DNA of 64,000 nt, from positions 152,773 to 216,772 of the forward strand of contig CANLUH010000004.1 of assembly GCA_947494205.1 (NCBI GenBank), given 5' to 3'. The translations under genes and the position numbers were made by a program. The notes beneath the pieces were generated by a model. It was not told the origin of the DNA and made no database searches. It worked only from the letters and a program-made list of their open reading frames with translations. The DNA is from an uncultured Flavobacteriaceae bacterium (GTDB lineage: Bacteria > Bacteroidota > Bacteroidia > Flavobacteriales > Flavobacteriaceae). Of the stretch, positions 30,209 through 39,290 are shown in pieces. Positions within the stretch are counted from its first letter, which is position 1. Each line of letters starts with the position of its first letter.

Positions 30209-31237
30209 CTAATTGAATTCGTTAGAATAGGCTTTTTCGAATGCTGGACGGATGTATTTCCAGATAATTTTATCGTAGTTTTTTTTGTTTTTTATAGCAA
30301 ATAAAACTGCTGGATAGGTACAGGTTTTAAAATAACCCGCCGTCTCTCTATCTGTACTTAATTCTTTATATTCTGTCTTCGAAATAGTTTCAATAGTTTT
30401 AAATTGTTCTCTTAATTGTGTTTCTACTTTTTTTACCCATGTAAAAAATTCGTCTGGGACATCTTCAATCCACTGGGTTAATTCTCCTTCTTCCTTTAAT
30501 GTTTCCCATATGGTTAAAGATGATATTTGTGTTACAATTCTATGTAAATCTATATAATCTTCGAATTTAATTTTTACTCTAAATCCGTTTTCATATTGAA
30601 TAACAAATCCTTCTTTATTTTTCCAGTTTAATGCTTTTAATGCTCTTAAACTATTATAATGGTAGATTTCTGGTAATGGGAATCCTATATTTTTAAGAGC
30701 TTCTGCTTTACCTGTTTTAGTATCTACAATAGCAATTAATACTAAAGCTTCTTCCGTACCATAATCTACTATAATTCTGTTTTCTGGGTAAATAATTTCG
30801 AACACATAGGTTTTACTTTTATCTAAGTTTGTAATTACTGAAGCATATTTACTTTGTAACAAATGGTTTGCTTTTTTAGCTTGCTTACTTGTAAACGAGC
30901 CTCTTGTAGCAATATATGGTTTGTTTTCTAACCAATATAAAATACCTAGTGAACCATCCATTTTTTCGAATACTTTAAACGATTCGTTTGGCAAAGCACC
31001 ATAACCCACTTCTTCTACATTAAAAAATTTAGGAATAGAGTGTGCTACAACAGTATAGTTTTCGTCTAAAATTAAACCTCTACATTGTAACGTTTCCTTA
31101 GTCCAATATTGCTCGTACTGCGTTGCTTGCGTGTAGTTATAAATCCACAGATTTGCTTCTGGATGTTTACATTTATGAATGTATCCTTTAGCGATTGCGT
31201 CTTCTAATTTTTCGATGTTTAATACTGTAGGTTTCAT
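30209..31237 (-). CDS. RNA ligase, Rnl1-like (ATP-dependent tRNA repair ligase)
   Basis: Covalent nucleotidyltransferase motif I KMDGSL (T4 Rnl1 has KEDGSL); ~340 aa. Sits in an operon with Pnkp. Confidence 0.75.
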   Translation of the reverse strand: MKPTVLNIEKLEDAIAKGYIHKCKHPEANLWIYNYTQATQYEQYWTKETLQCRGLILDENYTVVAHSIPKFFNVEEVGYGALPNESFKVFEKMDGSLGILYWLENKPYIATRGSFTSKQAKKANHLLQSKYASVITNLDKSKTYVFEIIYPENRIIVDYGTEEALVLIAIVDTKTGKAEALKNIGFPLPEIYHYNSLRALKALNWKNKEGFVIQYENGFRVKIKFEDYIDLHRIVTQISSLTIWETLKEEGELTQWIEDVPDEFFTWVKKVETQLREQFKTIETISKTEYKELSTDRETAGYFKTCTYPAVLFAIKNKKNYDKIIWKYIRPAFEKAYSNEFN

Positions 31238-31450
31238 TTTATTATTAATTACAGTACAAATATGAAATGAGATTACGCAATAGTTTTGCGTAGTTTAATT
31301 TTTTATGTTTTAGAGTAGAAAATAGTTGCAATTACAAATAGAACATGAATCTGCGTAAGCGATTGCAGCGGCATCCTTTTGCTTTTTCTGCAAAAGATAT
31401 AGCGAAAAGCGCGACCCAAACCTTTTTCTGGTTTGGGTTACGCCATAATA

Positions 31451-32551
31451 TTACTTATTTACAGAGAAAATATCTTTTAATTGTTCTATAACATTACCGT
31501 TGCCCGATACTGTAATTTCCCCAATTTTATCTGCAATCTTCTCTACATATTCCATTTCTTTTAACTTAAACAACATGGTATTGTCTTCCATTAATTTAGC
31601 GGTATTTAACAAGCTTCTTGTAGAGGCTGTTTCCTCACGTCTTGTTACTACATTGGCTTGCGCTTTTTTATGTGCTATTAATACTTGGTTCATGATCTCT
31701 TTCATATCACCTGGTAAAATAACATCTCTAATACCTGTATGCAATACGGTAACACCTAGCTTGTTTGCTTGTGTTTTTACGTCTTGTAAAACAGCATTTG
31801 CAATGGTTTCTTTTTGCTCTAGCAATTCATCTAGAGTATAAGCACCAACAAAGGCTCTTAAAGCTAATTGTAGTGTAATGTACAATTGTTTTTCGTAGTC
31901 TTTATTATGCATTAAAGCGGTTTCTATATTCGCTACTTTATATTGTGCGTAAAAGTTTATACGAACGGTTGCTTTATCTTTTGTTAATAATTCTTGACCT
32001 GAAACTTCCAATTGTAATTGACGTAAATCGGCTTTAGCTATTTTAATGGTTTTATCGTTTCTCCAGAAATGATATGTACCATGATCTAAGGTTTTAGCAT
32101 ATTTATCGTTTACTATCATAATCGCTTTTTCGTATGCTGCGACTTCGAACGTACGGATGTATTGACGTAAGGCTGCATTATTATATAAAGCCACATCTAT
32201 GGTTTCTGGAATGTTAATATTTGTAAAATCTACGGTTATAAATTTATAATCTATTAGACTATTCCAGTAGGCATGACGTCCTGCTGTTAATACGTGTTTA
32301 AAGTTATTGTTGCTATATACCAAAACAATCTCGTTATCTTGAATATCTACAACAGTTAACAATTGTGCCAAAGCCTCATCTTGTAGTAAGATCTCCAGAG
32401 CTTTTGGCGCATTAAATGCCGCGGTTAAACTATACGTCATTACGCTTTCGTTAAACCATAACCAATGTTTGCCTTCTGTAATTACGCGTACGTAATTACC
32501 TTTTTTAAACACCAAGCCTACATTACCTGCATGAATTCTTACTTGTTTCAT
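31451..32551 (-). CDS. SPFH/band-7 (stomatin/prohibitin-like) domain protein
   Basis: C-terminal half shows an SPFH-like pattern (LALRAFVGAYTLDELL...VLHTGIRDVILPG). Confidence 0.75.
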   Translation of the reverse strand: MKQVRIHAGNVGLVFKKGNYVRVITEGKHWLWFNESVMTYSLTAAFNAPKALEILLQDEALAQLLTVVDIQDNEIVLVYSNNNFKHVLTAGRHAYWNSLIDYKFITVDFTNINIPETIDVALYNNAALRQYIRTFEVAAYEKAIMIVNDKYAKTLDHGTYHFWRNDKTIKIAKADLRQLQLEVSGQELLTKDKATVRINFYAQYKVANIETALMHNKDYEKQLYITLQLALRAFVGAYTLDELLEQKETIANAVLQDVKTQANKLGVTVLHTGIRDVILPGDMKEIMNQVLIAHKKAQANVVTRREETASTRSLLNTAKLMEDNTMLFKLKEMEYVEKIADKIGEITVSGNGNVIEQLKDIFSVNK

Positions 32552-32599
32552 TTCTTCTAATTTTTATTCTGAATTACTCCCAGAATTATTAAACATTTA

Positions 32600-34560
32600 T
32601 AATAGAATTCCTTTTACTTGGAATGGCTATTCTTTTAGTAAAAACAAATTGAAAGCAAACCATCTTTAAGGCTACGGAAATACAAGCGTTTTAGAGTATT
32701 CTACAAATCGTTTTTATTAACGTTTTATTAGTAGACCTTGTAGTTCTTCAAGATATTTCTAACAATAGGCTTTCTAAAAAGGAGATGCAAAACGGCTTTA
32801 AATACTTCTGTATTTCAAGGTGCCTTCTAGATTGTAAAAACAACGTGTTGCTTTTACCTGTTTACCTTCTCTTTGTTTTTGTTTTGCCATTTAACGTGTG
32901 GCTCACAGTGGTGGTCGATTTTTAAAAGAGACCTTCTTTGTGAAAAGGCGGGTTTTTAATCCGCATCCTACATTAACAGTGTAGTGCTCTACCGCTGAGC
33001 TATATGACCTTTACAGTTGTCATAACAGGAATCGAACCTGTGCTTGTCTATTGTTCTAACCTGACTGAACTATCTCAAATGAATTGAGAGTGGGAATCGA
33101 ACCCACGACCTATAGAGTGATGATTATTTTTTGGATAAACAATCGAAACCTTCAAGTCTAGTTGAACATAAATACCTAATACCTATTGGCAAGATTTTAT
33201 ACAATAGTGTTATACAGAAACACCCAACAAGACCAGCTTGATATTTTTATAATTCCCGCTTTCGGGGAATCTTATTCTAATAAATTTGTACCTCTTGCCG
33301 GATTCGAACCGGCACTTTCAGATAATTCTGAACAGATAGGCTCTAAATGCGCTTCCCTACTCTACATCTTGTGTATTTCGGTGCTTCTGCAAAACCTAGT
33401 CATTGGCGGGCGCGCCACCAACCACATAATCCTATCACTCCATGGCTACGAATCAAAATCTTTTTCCACAGCTCTTCCCTTTAAGCTAAAGAGGTATATA
33501 TTTTAAAAAACGCTTTGAGAATACTTACGTTTGTAGATGAGCTTTCCTAGTATTATAGCTTGTGCTTTCTCTAGTTTTCCACGTTATTCTAATTGCTTAG
33601 AGAATCACGTACTCACCCGATGCCTTATTACATTACAACTGTTCGGCAACTTAGACTTAGCTTGCATAGTGGTTTTATACCACGCTTTGCAATTACAAGG
33701 GTTGGCTCCCTCACTATTAATAGGCGTCCTCTTTACGAGGCGGCCTACTAGAATGTTCACCGCACAGTAAAGGCTTGCGACCTTTACCGCCCCATATATT
33801 ACAATGGGTTTAGGCAACTACTAACTGCTGTAACGCTCGAAGTCTTTTGCGTTTGCTCACCAATTGAGCCATATCAAATTATGGTTTAGATACTAGGAAT
33901 CGAACCTAGAAATAAAGTTTTGACCTAGGAAAAGGGCTTCGAAAATGGCTTCGTAGATTTTAGCCTACAAAATACCAACCTTTTCCTTGTGTGTTTCCCA
34001 ACACACCGTATTTTAAGTTACCGAATCGTTTCCCACCGGGTAACTTTAATACTGCAACACGCTCCGTTAGACTGGATAATCTATACGTAACCCATTACTA
34101 CAACTTTTCCTATTAGTGTCTCCACCTCAAGCCTATATAAAAGTCGGCTATAAATCCTTATTTACGCCAGCGGTTGCCCCTTGTAAATAGTTATTTATGT
34201 TAGTTGCTTGCTTACGTGTACTATAATCTAAATGACTATAGTCTCCATTTGCAGTGTCTGCAAATAGATTTATCCTTGTTACCAAGTTTATCTATGGACG
34301 ATAAGCCGCCCCATCATTTATAATAAATGATGATTTTTTTCTAATAGAAGCTATCAAAAAAGTATTAAAAAAAGCGTCATTCTAAATTCATTTCAGAATC
34401 CCATTAAATTGACTTACAATTGTTATGAGAAACCGAATCAAGTTCGGTTTGACGAAAATTTGCCTTTTAAGACAGTTTCATTTTATTTCAATGATCGTTT
34501 TATTAAACTTAGATAGCTTCTTTTTAAGGGCCTTCTAAATAATTACTCTGCAAATATTTC
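32600..34560. other. ~2-kb ORF-free, highly structured region containing tRNA halves/fragments (candidate large ncRNA or decayed tRNA array)
   Basis: Only short mutually overlapping ORFs. Several perfect T-arm hairpins (ACAGG-TTCGATT-CCTGT; GTGGG-TTCGATT-CCCAC; GCCGG-TTCGAAT-CCGGC) and a tRNA-Asn-like 5' half (GGTCATATAGCTCAGCGGTAGAGCACTACACTGTTAATGTAG) without matching partners. Confidence 0.35.
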
Positions 34561-34598
34561 ACAGTATTACGCAGTGTTTTTGCGTAGTAAAATTTATT

Positions 34599-36431
34599 TT
34601 AATTAAAAAGCTTTAAAAAACTATCTTTTTCTAGATTCTCTAAAGAAAAATCAAAATCTGCTTCATCTTTATAATCTGTAAGTTCGGCTCCTAAAGTTCT
34701 TACCAATGTATTAAATGATAATGGTTCGTTCCATTGTTGGTATAATGCTTTGGTGGCTACATTAGATATTTCTGAATTACCAGATACTCTAGTATGTCCT
34801 GCTCCAAAATTTAACAATACAAAACATTGTTTATTCTTTTTAGGAATCAACATTCCTAAAATGGTTTGCTGCTGTACAGATTCGCACTTAATATCTGCAA
34901 AAAGATTATTTGGATTCAGCATGTAATCCCTAGAAACTTTATCACCTTTTCCTATAATAATCTTGTAACTACAATCTGCAGCTCCAGAGTATACATTGTT
35001 TTGAACCAAAGTAGGTACATTTAAACCTTTATTAGCATACAAATACTCAACAGCTCCTTTTGGTGCCGATGTAATATCTCCAGAATACATTAAGTTACCA
35101 TCTTGCTGGTTATAGGTACTGTTCCAACCTACTTTACCAGCTATATTTAACCCTGATAAATCCAAATCATGGGCGCCCCAAGCATTCTCCCAATAGATAC
35201 CGACTGCTAATTTTTTTCCATAAAAACATGTTCCGGTAGGAATGTTACCTACATACATTTTCTCTGATGTTGGCAATGCATATGTAATATCCTCAGGAAA
35301 AAACAATCGTTTACCTGATAAATCGAAACGCTGTTTTAAATAATTAATTAAAAACTGATAATTTTCCTTAAATACAGTATTTTCTAAAATCACCTTTTTA
35401 TGCTTACCTGCTTTGTTTCTCTTTAAAAGATTAAAAAGCATATTATTCCTACTTGCAGCAGAAACCCCATCTGACTTTACCCAAGATTTTCCATTTCTAA
35501 TTCTATATAAAAAGGCATCTTGCCCCTGTTTTCTAGTATAGCAAGCTGATAAAGCTTTAAATAAAGCAAATGGTGTTGCATTATCTAACCAATGCACATC
35601 TTTATCTGTTAGAAAGGCATTAGTTACATCATTTAACGGATTTGAAACTAATGGTTTATGATGCGTTTTCGATAACTTACTGATTTTATTAATCGTTTTT
35701 GGCGCTTTATTTTTAAAGGCTAAAAACAAAGGCTTGAATCTGTTAAAAATTTCTGCCAATTTTTCTAAACCAAATTGCTTAAATGCTTGTGTTGGATTAT
35801 AAGAACTTTCCTTAATCAATGCTATTAATGCATCGTTTTTAATTAGCAAAGTCGTGTCTGTTGCTCTGTAAATAATATACCTAAAAAATTCAACTGCATT
35901 TTCTGGATAAATATTATAGTATTCCGCTAACTTAATAATCGCTTCTTTGTTTCTTATATTCTCTTTACCAGTAAAGGTATAGTTTAACTCATCTACTAAA
36001 ACTGTAATCAAATTATCTATAGTTTCTTCTTTAAGTGCCATACCGGATTGCAACATCGATAAACATTTCTGTCTCATTTCATCTACAGAATAGCCTTTAA
36101 TTACTTTATAAACTAGTTTTACATTTGGAACATTAAGCACTTCTTCTGGAATATAAATTGCTTCTTGAAAATCACTTCCATAAGTAGACATATAATGGTT
36201 AATCTGTTCTACATATAACTCATATTTTGAGCTATTTTTAACCTTAGCCCACGACTTATGAAAGGTTTTGTTTAAATCATTACCATTTAATGTTTCCTTT
36301 TTTAAGAAATCGATAATTCTATCTTTAGCCCAAAGTGCATTAGGCGCGATAATGAATCCATCTTCTGAGATGTATGGTTTTTCGTTTGATGTTTTCGCTA
36401 TAACTGCGTTAAATAATTTTAATGTATTCAT
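34599..36431 (-). CDS. large hypothetical protein (610 aa)
   Basis: Single long ORF with no P-loop or other motif recognised. Centrally placed between the ncRNA-like region and a tRNA-like cluster. Confidence 0.5.
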   Translation of the reverse strand: MNTLKLFNAVIAKTSNEKPYISEDGFIIAPNALWAKDRIIDFLKKETLNGNDLNKTFHKSWAKVKNSSKYELYVEQINHYMSTYGSDFQEAIYIPEEVLNVPNVKLVYKVIKGYSVDEMRQKCLSMLQSGMALKEETIDNLITVLVDELNYTFTGKENIRNKEAIIKLAEYYNIYPENAVEFFRYIIYRATDTTLLIKNDALIALIKESSYNPTQAFKQFGLEKLAEIFNRFKPLFLAFKNKAPKTINKISKLSKTHHKPLVSNPLNDVTNAFLTDKDVHWLDNATPFALFKALSACYTRKQGQDAFLYRIRNGKSWVKSDGVSAASRNNMLFNLLKRNKAGKHKKVILENTVFKENYQFLINYLKQRFDLSGKRLFFPEDITYALPTSEKMYVGNIPTGTCFYGKKLAVGIYWENAWGAHDLDLSGLNIAGKVGWNSTYNQQDGNLMYSGDITSAPKGAVEYLYANKGLNVPTLVQNNVYSGAADCSYKIIIGKGDKVSRDYMLNPNNLFADIKCESVQQQTILGMLIPKKNKQCFVLLNFGAGHTRVSGNSEISNVATKALYQQWNEPLSFNTLVRTLGAELTDYKDEADFDFSLENLEKDSFLKLFN

Positions 36432-36731
36432 TATTGTATTATTTTAAATAAGTGAGGTGTATGGTTTTGATTATCTGTCAATAAAATAGGAACACCTTTT
36501 ACCCATTATTTTTTTTAGACGAAGAGTAAATATCAGAATCCAAATCTGATGTCTAAATGACATCTATAGGAACTCTTTTTGTCTTTTAAGACGAAACGTA
36601 AAATAAACCACATACCCTTTCGGGTACTGGAATCGAACCAGTATATAGGAACGTTTTGTGTCTTTTACTAACGGAAAGTAATTTCTATTGTGAATGGTTA
36701 TAGGAACTTTCTATGTCAGTAATTTTTATTG

Positions 36732-36844
36732 TAGTCCAGGTGGGATTCGAACCCACGACCCGCGGATTATGAATCTATACAGGAACTTTTATTTGTCGAA
36801 AGCGAAAAGTAATTTCGCTGCTCTAACCTCTGAGCTACTGGACT
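36732..36844 (-). tRNA. tRNA-like element (Val-TAC-like arm) with ~45-nt insertion between anticodon arm and T-arm
   Basis: Acceptor AGTCCAG/CTGGACT, D-arm GCTC-AGAGGTTA-GAGC, hairpin GCGAA-ATTACTT-TTCGC, then the insertion, then T-arm GTGGG-TTCGAAT-CCCAC. Three degenerate partial copies (repeat unit containing TATAGGAAC) lie at 36566-36735. Confidence 0.35.
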
Positions 36845-37013
36845 ATTTTAATATTTTAAAGAACTTTTATTAAACTCCACCAGAATCATCTTCTAGCGGA
36901 GTCCTATTTTTAAAGTCTGATTTCAAAAAAGACTTTTAATTACTCTGCAAATATTTCACTCAATTACGCATTGATTTTGCGTAGTTCAAAAACATTTGAA
37001 AAATTGTTATTAT

Positions 37014-37499
37014 TTATACTACTTTATCGGCACAAGATGAGCTTGCAAATGCATACGGTTTCGCTTTAAAAACAAAACCCATTCCTAAAATGTAGCCCAT
37101 AGCATCTTTAAGTGCTACGTTAGATTCAAACTTTGGATCTGTATTAATATCCGCGTGTACCTCTAAATCAACATTATGTTTATCTAAAATATTACAGATA
37201 GCGTATGCTTCTTCTACAGACATTGTTACCTCTTTAAGCATACGTTCTTTAATACCTATTTGTTTAGTGCCTTTATAATTTCTCATAAACATAAAACCTC
37301 CTTTACCTTCACGTAATACCACAATAACTGTTGCGTATTCGATATGCGATTTATAGGCTTGTGAATCTGAACCCACACAAATTTTTAATCTATAGCCTGC
37401 CTTTTTCTCTTTTACAATAGCATTTTCAATAATCTCCGTAATGGGCTGATCAAAGACTTTACCGCTAAAGTTTCTCCATTTTTGTTGTGTAACTTTCAT
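37014..37499 (-). CDS. RNase H-like DUF458/YkuK-family protein
   Basis: 161 aa; the ICVGSDSQ...HADIN pattern is reminiscent of the YkuK family. Assignment is from memory and weak. Confidence 0.45.
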   Translation of the reverse strand: MKVTQQKWRNFSGKVFDQPITEIIENAIVKEKKAGYRLKICVGSDSQAYKSHIEYATVIVVLREGKGGFMFMRNYKGTKQIGIKERMLKEVTMSVEEAYAICNILDKHNVDLEVHADINTDPKFESNVALKDAMGYILGMGFVFKAKPYAFASSSCADKVV

Positions 37500-37571
37500 A
37501 AGTTCCCATTTTTAGTTAAATATTAATTTTGTGGAACAAACTGAATGAGCTCGTTCATTTTTATTTTAAAA

Positions 37572-37645
37572 TTGAAATATCAGGATTCGAACCTGAATCT
37601 TTCGCCGTATCAAAGCGAAGCTCTAACCAATTAAGCTATATCTCA
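37572..37645 (-). tRNA. tRNA-Ile(GAT)
   Basis: Acceptor TGAGATA/TATTTCA (one G-U), D-arm GCTT-AATTGGTTA-GAGC, anticodon arm TCGCT-TTGATAC-GGCGA, T-arm TCAGG-TTCGAAT-CCTGA. Confidence 0.65.
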
Positions 37646-37919
37646 ATTTATTTTGAGGAACATACTGAGATTAACTCGTTCCTTTATATTTTATTAAAAC
37701 TATACTCGTGAATGCACAGCATTTCGAACCCGTATCTTCTGGCTTAACTCAATAAATTCTATTTTTTAAATAGGATTCGTTGAATTCGCAAACTCATTTC
37801 AACCAGACGCATAGATCTACTTTGCTATTGCTCCTTTTTAGATGAATTAGAAATTATAAGTCAGTTTACCTCATTCACAACGAGGTGTTTTATCTAATAA
37901 ACCAAAATCATCATTTTTG

Positions 37920-37992
37920 TTGTGATAGAAAGAGTTGAACTTTCATCTACTCACGTATCAGGTGAGCGCTTTATCGATTAAGCTATATCACA
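37920..37992 (-). tRNA. tRNA-Ile(GAT), second copy
   Basis: Acceptor TGTGATA/TATCACA, D-stem GCTT/AAGC, anticodon arm CTCAC-CTGATAC-GTGAG, T-arm GAAAG-TTCAACT-CTTTC. Confidence 0.6.
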
Positions 37993-38179
37993 ATTTTGTT
38001 AACCTGATAGGATTAGTTCGCTTCATTTTTATTCTTTTAAAGCTGTGCTCATGAATACTAAAGTATTACGAACCTATACCTCAAGAGTCAAATGCTTTGC
38101 ATTCACGAATACCTATTTAAAAAACAGAAACGAATGAGCTAAAGTCTTGAATGCTACCATTACACTACAAGTTAGTTTG

Positions 38180-38252
38180 TAAGCTTAACAGGATTCGAAC
38201 CCGTATCACTAGATTCGTATTCTAGCATGTTATCCAATTACACTATAAGCTT
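38180..38252 (-). tRNA. tRNA-Arg(ACG)
   Basis: Acceptor AAGCTTA/TAAGCTT, D-stem GTGT/ACAT, anticodon arm CTAGA-ATACGAA-TCTAG, T-arm ACGGG-TTCGAAT-CCTGT. Confidence 0.65.
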
Positions 38253-38274
38253 ATTAATAATCCTTCAGGATTAG

Positions 38275-38348
38275 TTGAGATGCCAGGAATCGAACCTGAA
38301 CCCTTCGCCTTATGAGAGCGATGCTCTACCAGATTAAGCTACATCTCA
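38275..38348 (-). tRNA. tRNA-Met(CAT) (elongator or lysidine-Ile type)
   Basis: Acceptor TGAGATG/CATCTCA, D-arm GCTT-AATCTGGTA-GAGC, anticodon arm TCGCT-CTCATAA-GGCGA, T-arm TCAGG-TTCGATT-CCTGG. Confidence 0.65.
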
Positions 38349-38353
38349 ATTTG

Positions 38354-38426
38354 TTGAGGCAATAGGGATCGAACCTATGACTTTCACGATGTAAGCGTGA
38401 CACTCTTACCACTGAGTTATGCCTCA
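38354..38426 (-). tRNA. tRNA-Val(TAC)
   Basis: Acceptor TGAGGCA/TGCCTCA, D-arm ACTC-AGTGGTAA-GAGT, anticodon arm TCACG-CTTACAT-CGTGA, T-arm ATAGG-TTCGATC-CCTAT. Confidence 0.7.
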
Positions 38427-38436
38427 TTTTAATTTG

Positions 38437-38508
38437 TACTCCGTAAGGGAATCGAACCCTTATTTTCTGCTAGAAAGGCAGACGTCCTAACCGTTAGACG
38501 AACGGAGC
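38437..38508 (-). tRNA. tRNA-Glu(TTC)
   Basis: Acceptor GCTCCGT/ACGGAGT, D-arm GTCT-AACGGTTA-GGAC, anticodon arm TCTGC-CTTTCTA-GCAGA, T-arm AAGGG-TTCGATT-CCCTT. Confidence 0.7.
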
Positions 38509-38513
38509 TTTTG

Positions 38514-38585
38514 TCTAAGGGACAGGATTCGAACCTGTAACCTCCCGCGTCCAAGGCGGGTAAACAACCATTGTTATTCCCCTAA
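38514..38585 (-). tRNA. tRNA-Pro(TGG)
   Basis: Acceptor TTAGGGG/CCCTTAG (two G-U), anticodon arm CCCGC-CTTGGAC-GCGGG (perfect), T-arm ACAGG-TTCGAAT-CCTGT. Confidence 0.6.
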
Positions 38586-38594
38586 TTTTTTTTG

Positions 38595-38666
38595 CGGTTC
38601 ATACGAGAATCGAACTCGTATCTCTCGAGAGACAGTCGAGAAGGATAACCATTACCCCAATGAACC
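38595..38666 (-). tRNA. tRNA, anticodon ambiguous (GTC Asp-like or TGT Thr-like depending on stem register)
   Basis: Acceptor GGTTCAT/ATGAACC, T-arm ACGAG-TTCGATT-CTCGT. The anticodon region TCTCGACTGTCTCTCGAGA admits two registers. Confidence 0.5.
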
Positions 38667-38801
38667 AATTTTGTACATCTACCAAGATTCGAACTCGAAA
38701 CTATAGATTGGAAATGCTTTGCATTCACGAATACCAATTTAAAATTATAGAGTAGTGAGCTAAGTCTACTATGTTACCAATTACACTATAGATGCTTATT
38801 G

Positions 38802-38883
38802 TGGGAATGATAGGATTCGAACCTATTAAGCCTTGGCACCAGTTTTACAGACTGGCTCAACTCACCATCGTTGACGCATTCCC
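38802..38883 (-). tRNA. tRNA-Tyr(GTA)
   Basis: Acceptor GGGAATG/CATTCCC, D-stem TCAA/TTGA, anticodon arm CCAGT-CTGTAAA-ACTGG, 12-nt variable arm, T-arm ATAGG-TTCGAAT-CCTAT. Confidence 0.7.
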
Positions 38884-38894
38884 TTTTATTTTTG

Positions 38895-38967
38895 AGACAA
38901 GGATGAGAGTCGAACTCATAAAATTTAGTTTTGCAGACTAATGCCTTAACCATTCAGCCACCTTGTC
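38895..38967 (-). tRNA. tRNA-Cys(GCA)
   Basis: Acceptor GACAAGG/CCTTGTC, anticodon arm TTAGT-CTGCAAA-ACTAA, T-arm ATGAG-TTCGACT-CTCAT. Confidence 0.65.
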
Positions 38968-38973
38968 ATTTAG

Positions 38974-39045
38974 CGATACCGAAGGGATTCGAACCCTTAA
39001 CCTGATGGTTAACAACCAACTGCTCTGCCATTGAGCTACGATATC
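38974..39045 (-). tRNA. tRNA-Asn(GTT)
   Basis: Acceptor GATATCG/CGGTATC (one G-U), D-arm GCTC-AATGGCA-GAGC, anticodon loop TTGTTAA, T-arm AAGGG-TTCGAAT-CCCTT. Confidence 0.65.
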
Positions 39046-39050
39046 ATGTT

Positions 39051-39180
39051 TTGGAGTTACGAAGACTTACACTCCGTTTTGCAAATTGCAAATGAGCTTG
39101 CGAATTCAACGAAACTTATTTATCAAAATAAATTTCAGTGAGTTAAACCCGTTGTTTTAGCCAGTTAAACTATAACCCCA
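39051..39180 (-). ncRNA. tRNA-like element whose acceptor strands (GGGGTTA / TAACTCC) are ~115 nt apart; possible intron- or insertion-containing tRNA
   Basis: 5' side has acceptor plus a perfect D-arm GTTT-AACTGGCTA-AAAC. The 3' side has CGGAG-TGTAAGT-CTTCG plus a complementary acceptor strand. The intervening segment contains the palindrome TTGCAAATTTGCAA. Confidence 0.25.
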
Positions 39181-39188
39181 TAGTATTG

Positions 39189-39275
39189 CGGAGGACAAAG
39201 GAATCGAACCTTCACCGCCATATGGCGGACTTGTTTAGCAGACAAGCGCAACGAACCAACATTTGCCTATCCTCC
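39189..39275 (-). tRNA. tRNA-Ser(GCT)
   Basis: Acceptor GGAGGAT/GTCCTCC, D-stem GCAA/TTGC, anticodon arm CTTGT-CTGCTAA-ACAAG, long variable hairpin CCGCC-ATAT-GGCGG, T-arm GAAGG-TTCGATT-CCTTT. Confidence 0.7.
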
Positions 39276-39290
39276 ATTTAATTTATTTAG

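Noticed and set aside
33186-33817. Three short ORFs (106, 77 and 70 aa) in the 32.6-34.6 kb region
   Set aside because: They overlap one another on both strands, sit in GC-rich helical RNA-like sequence and have no start context. The region is better explained as structured RNA or tRNA debris.
37529-37711. 60-aa ORF
   Set aside because: It spans the tRNA-Ile(GAT) gene on the opposite strand.
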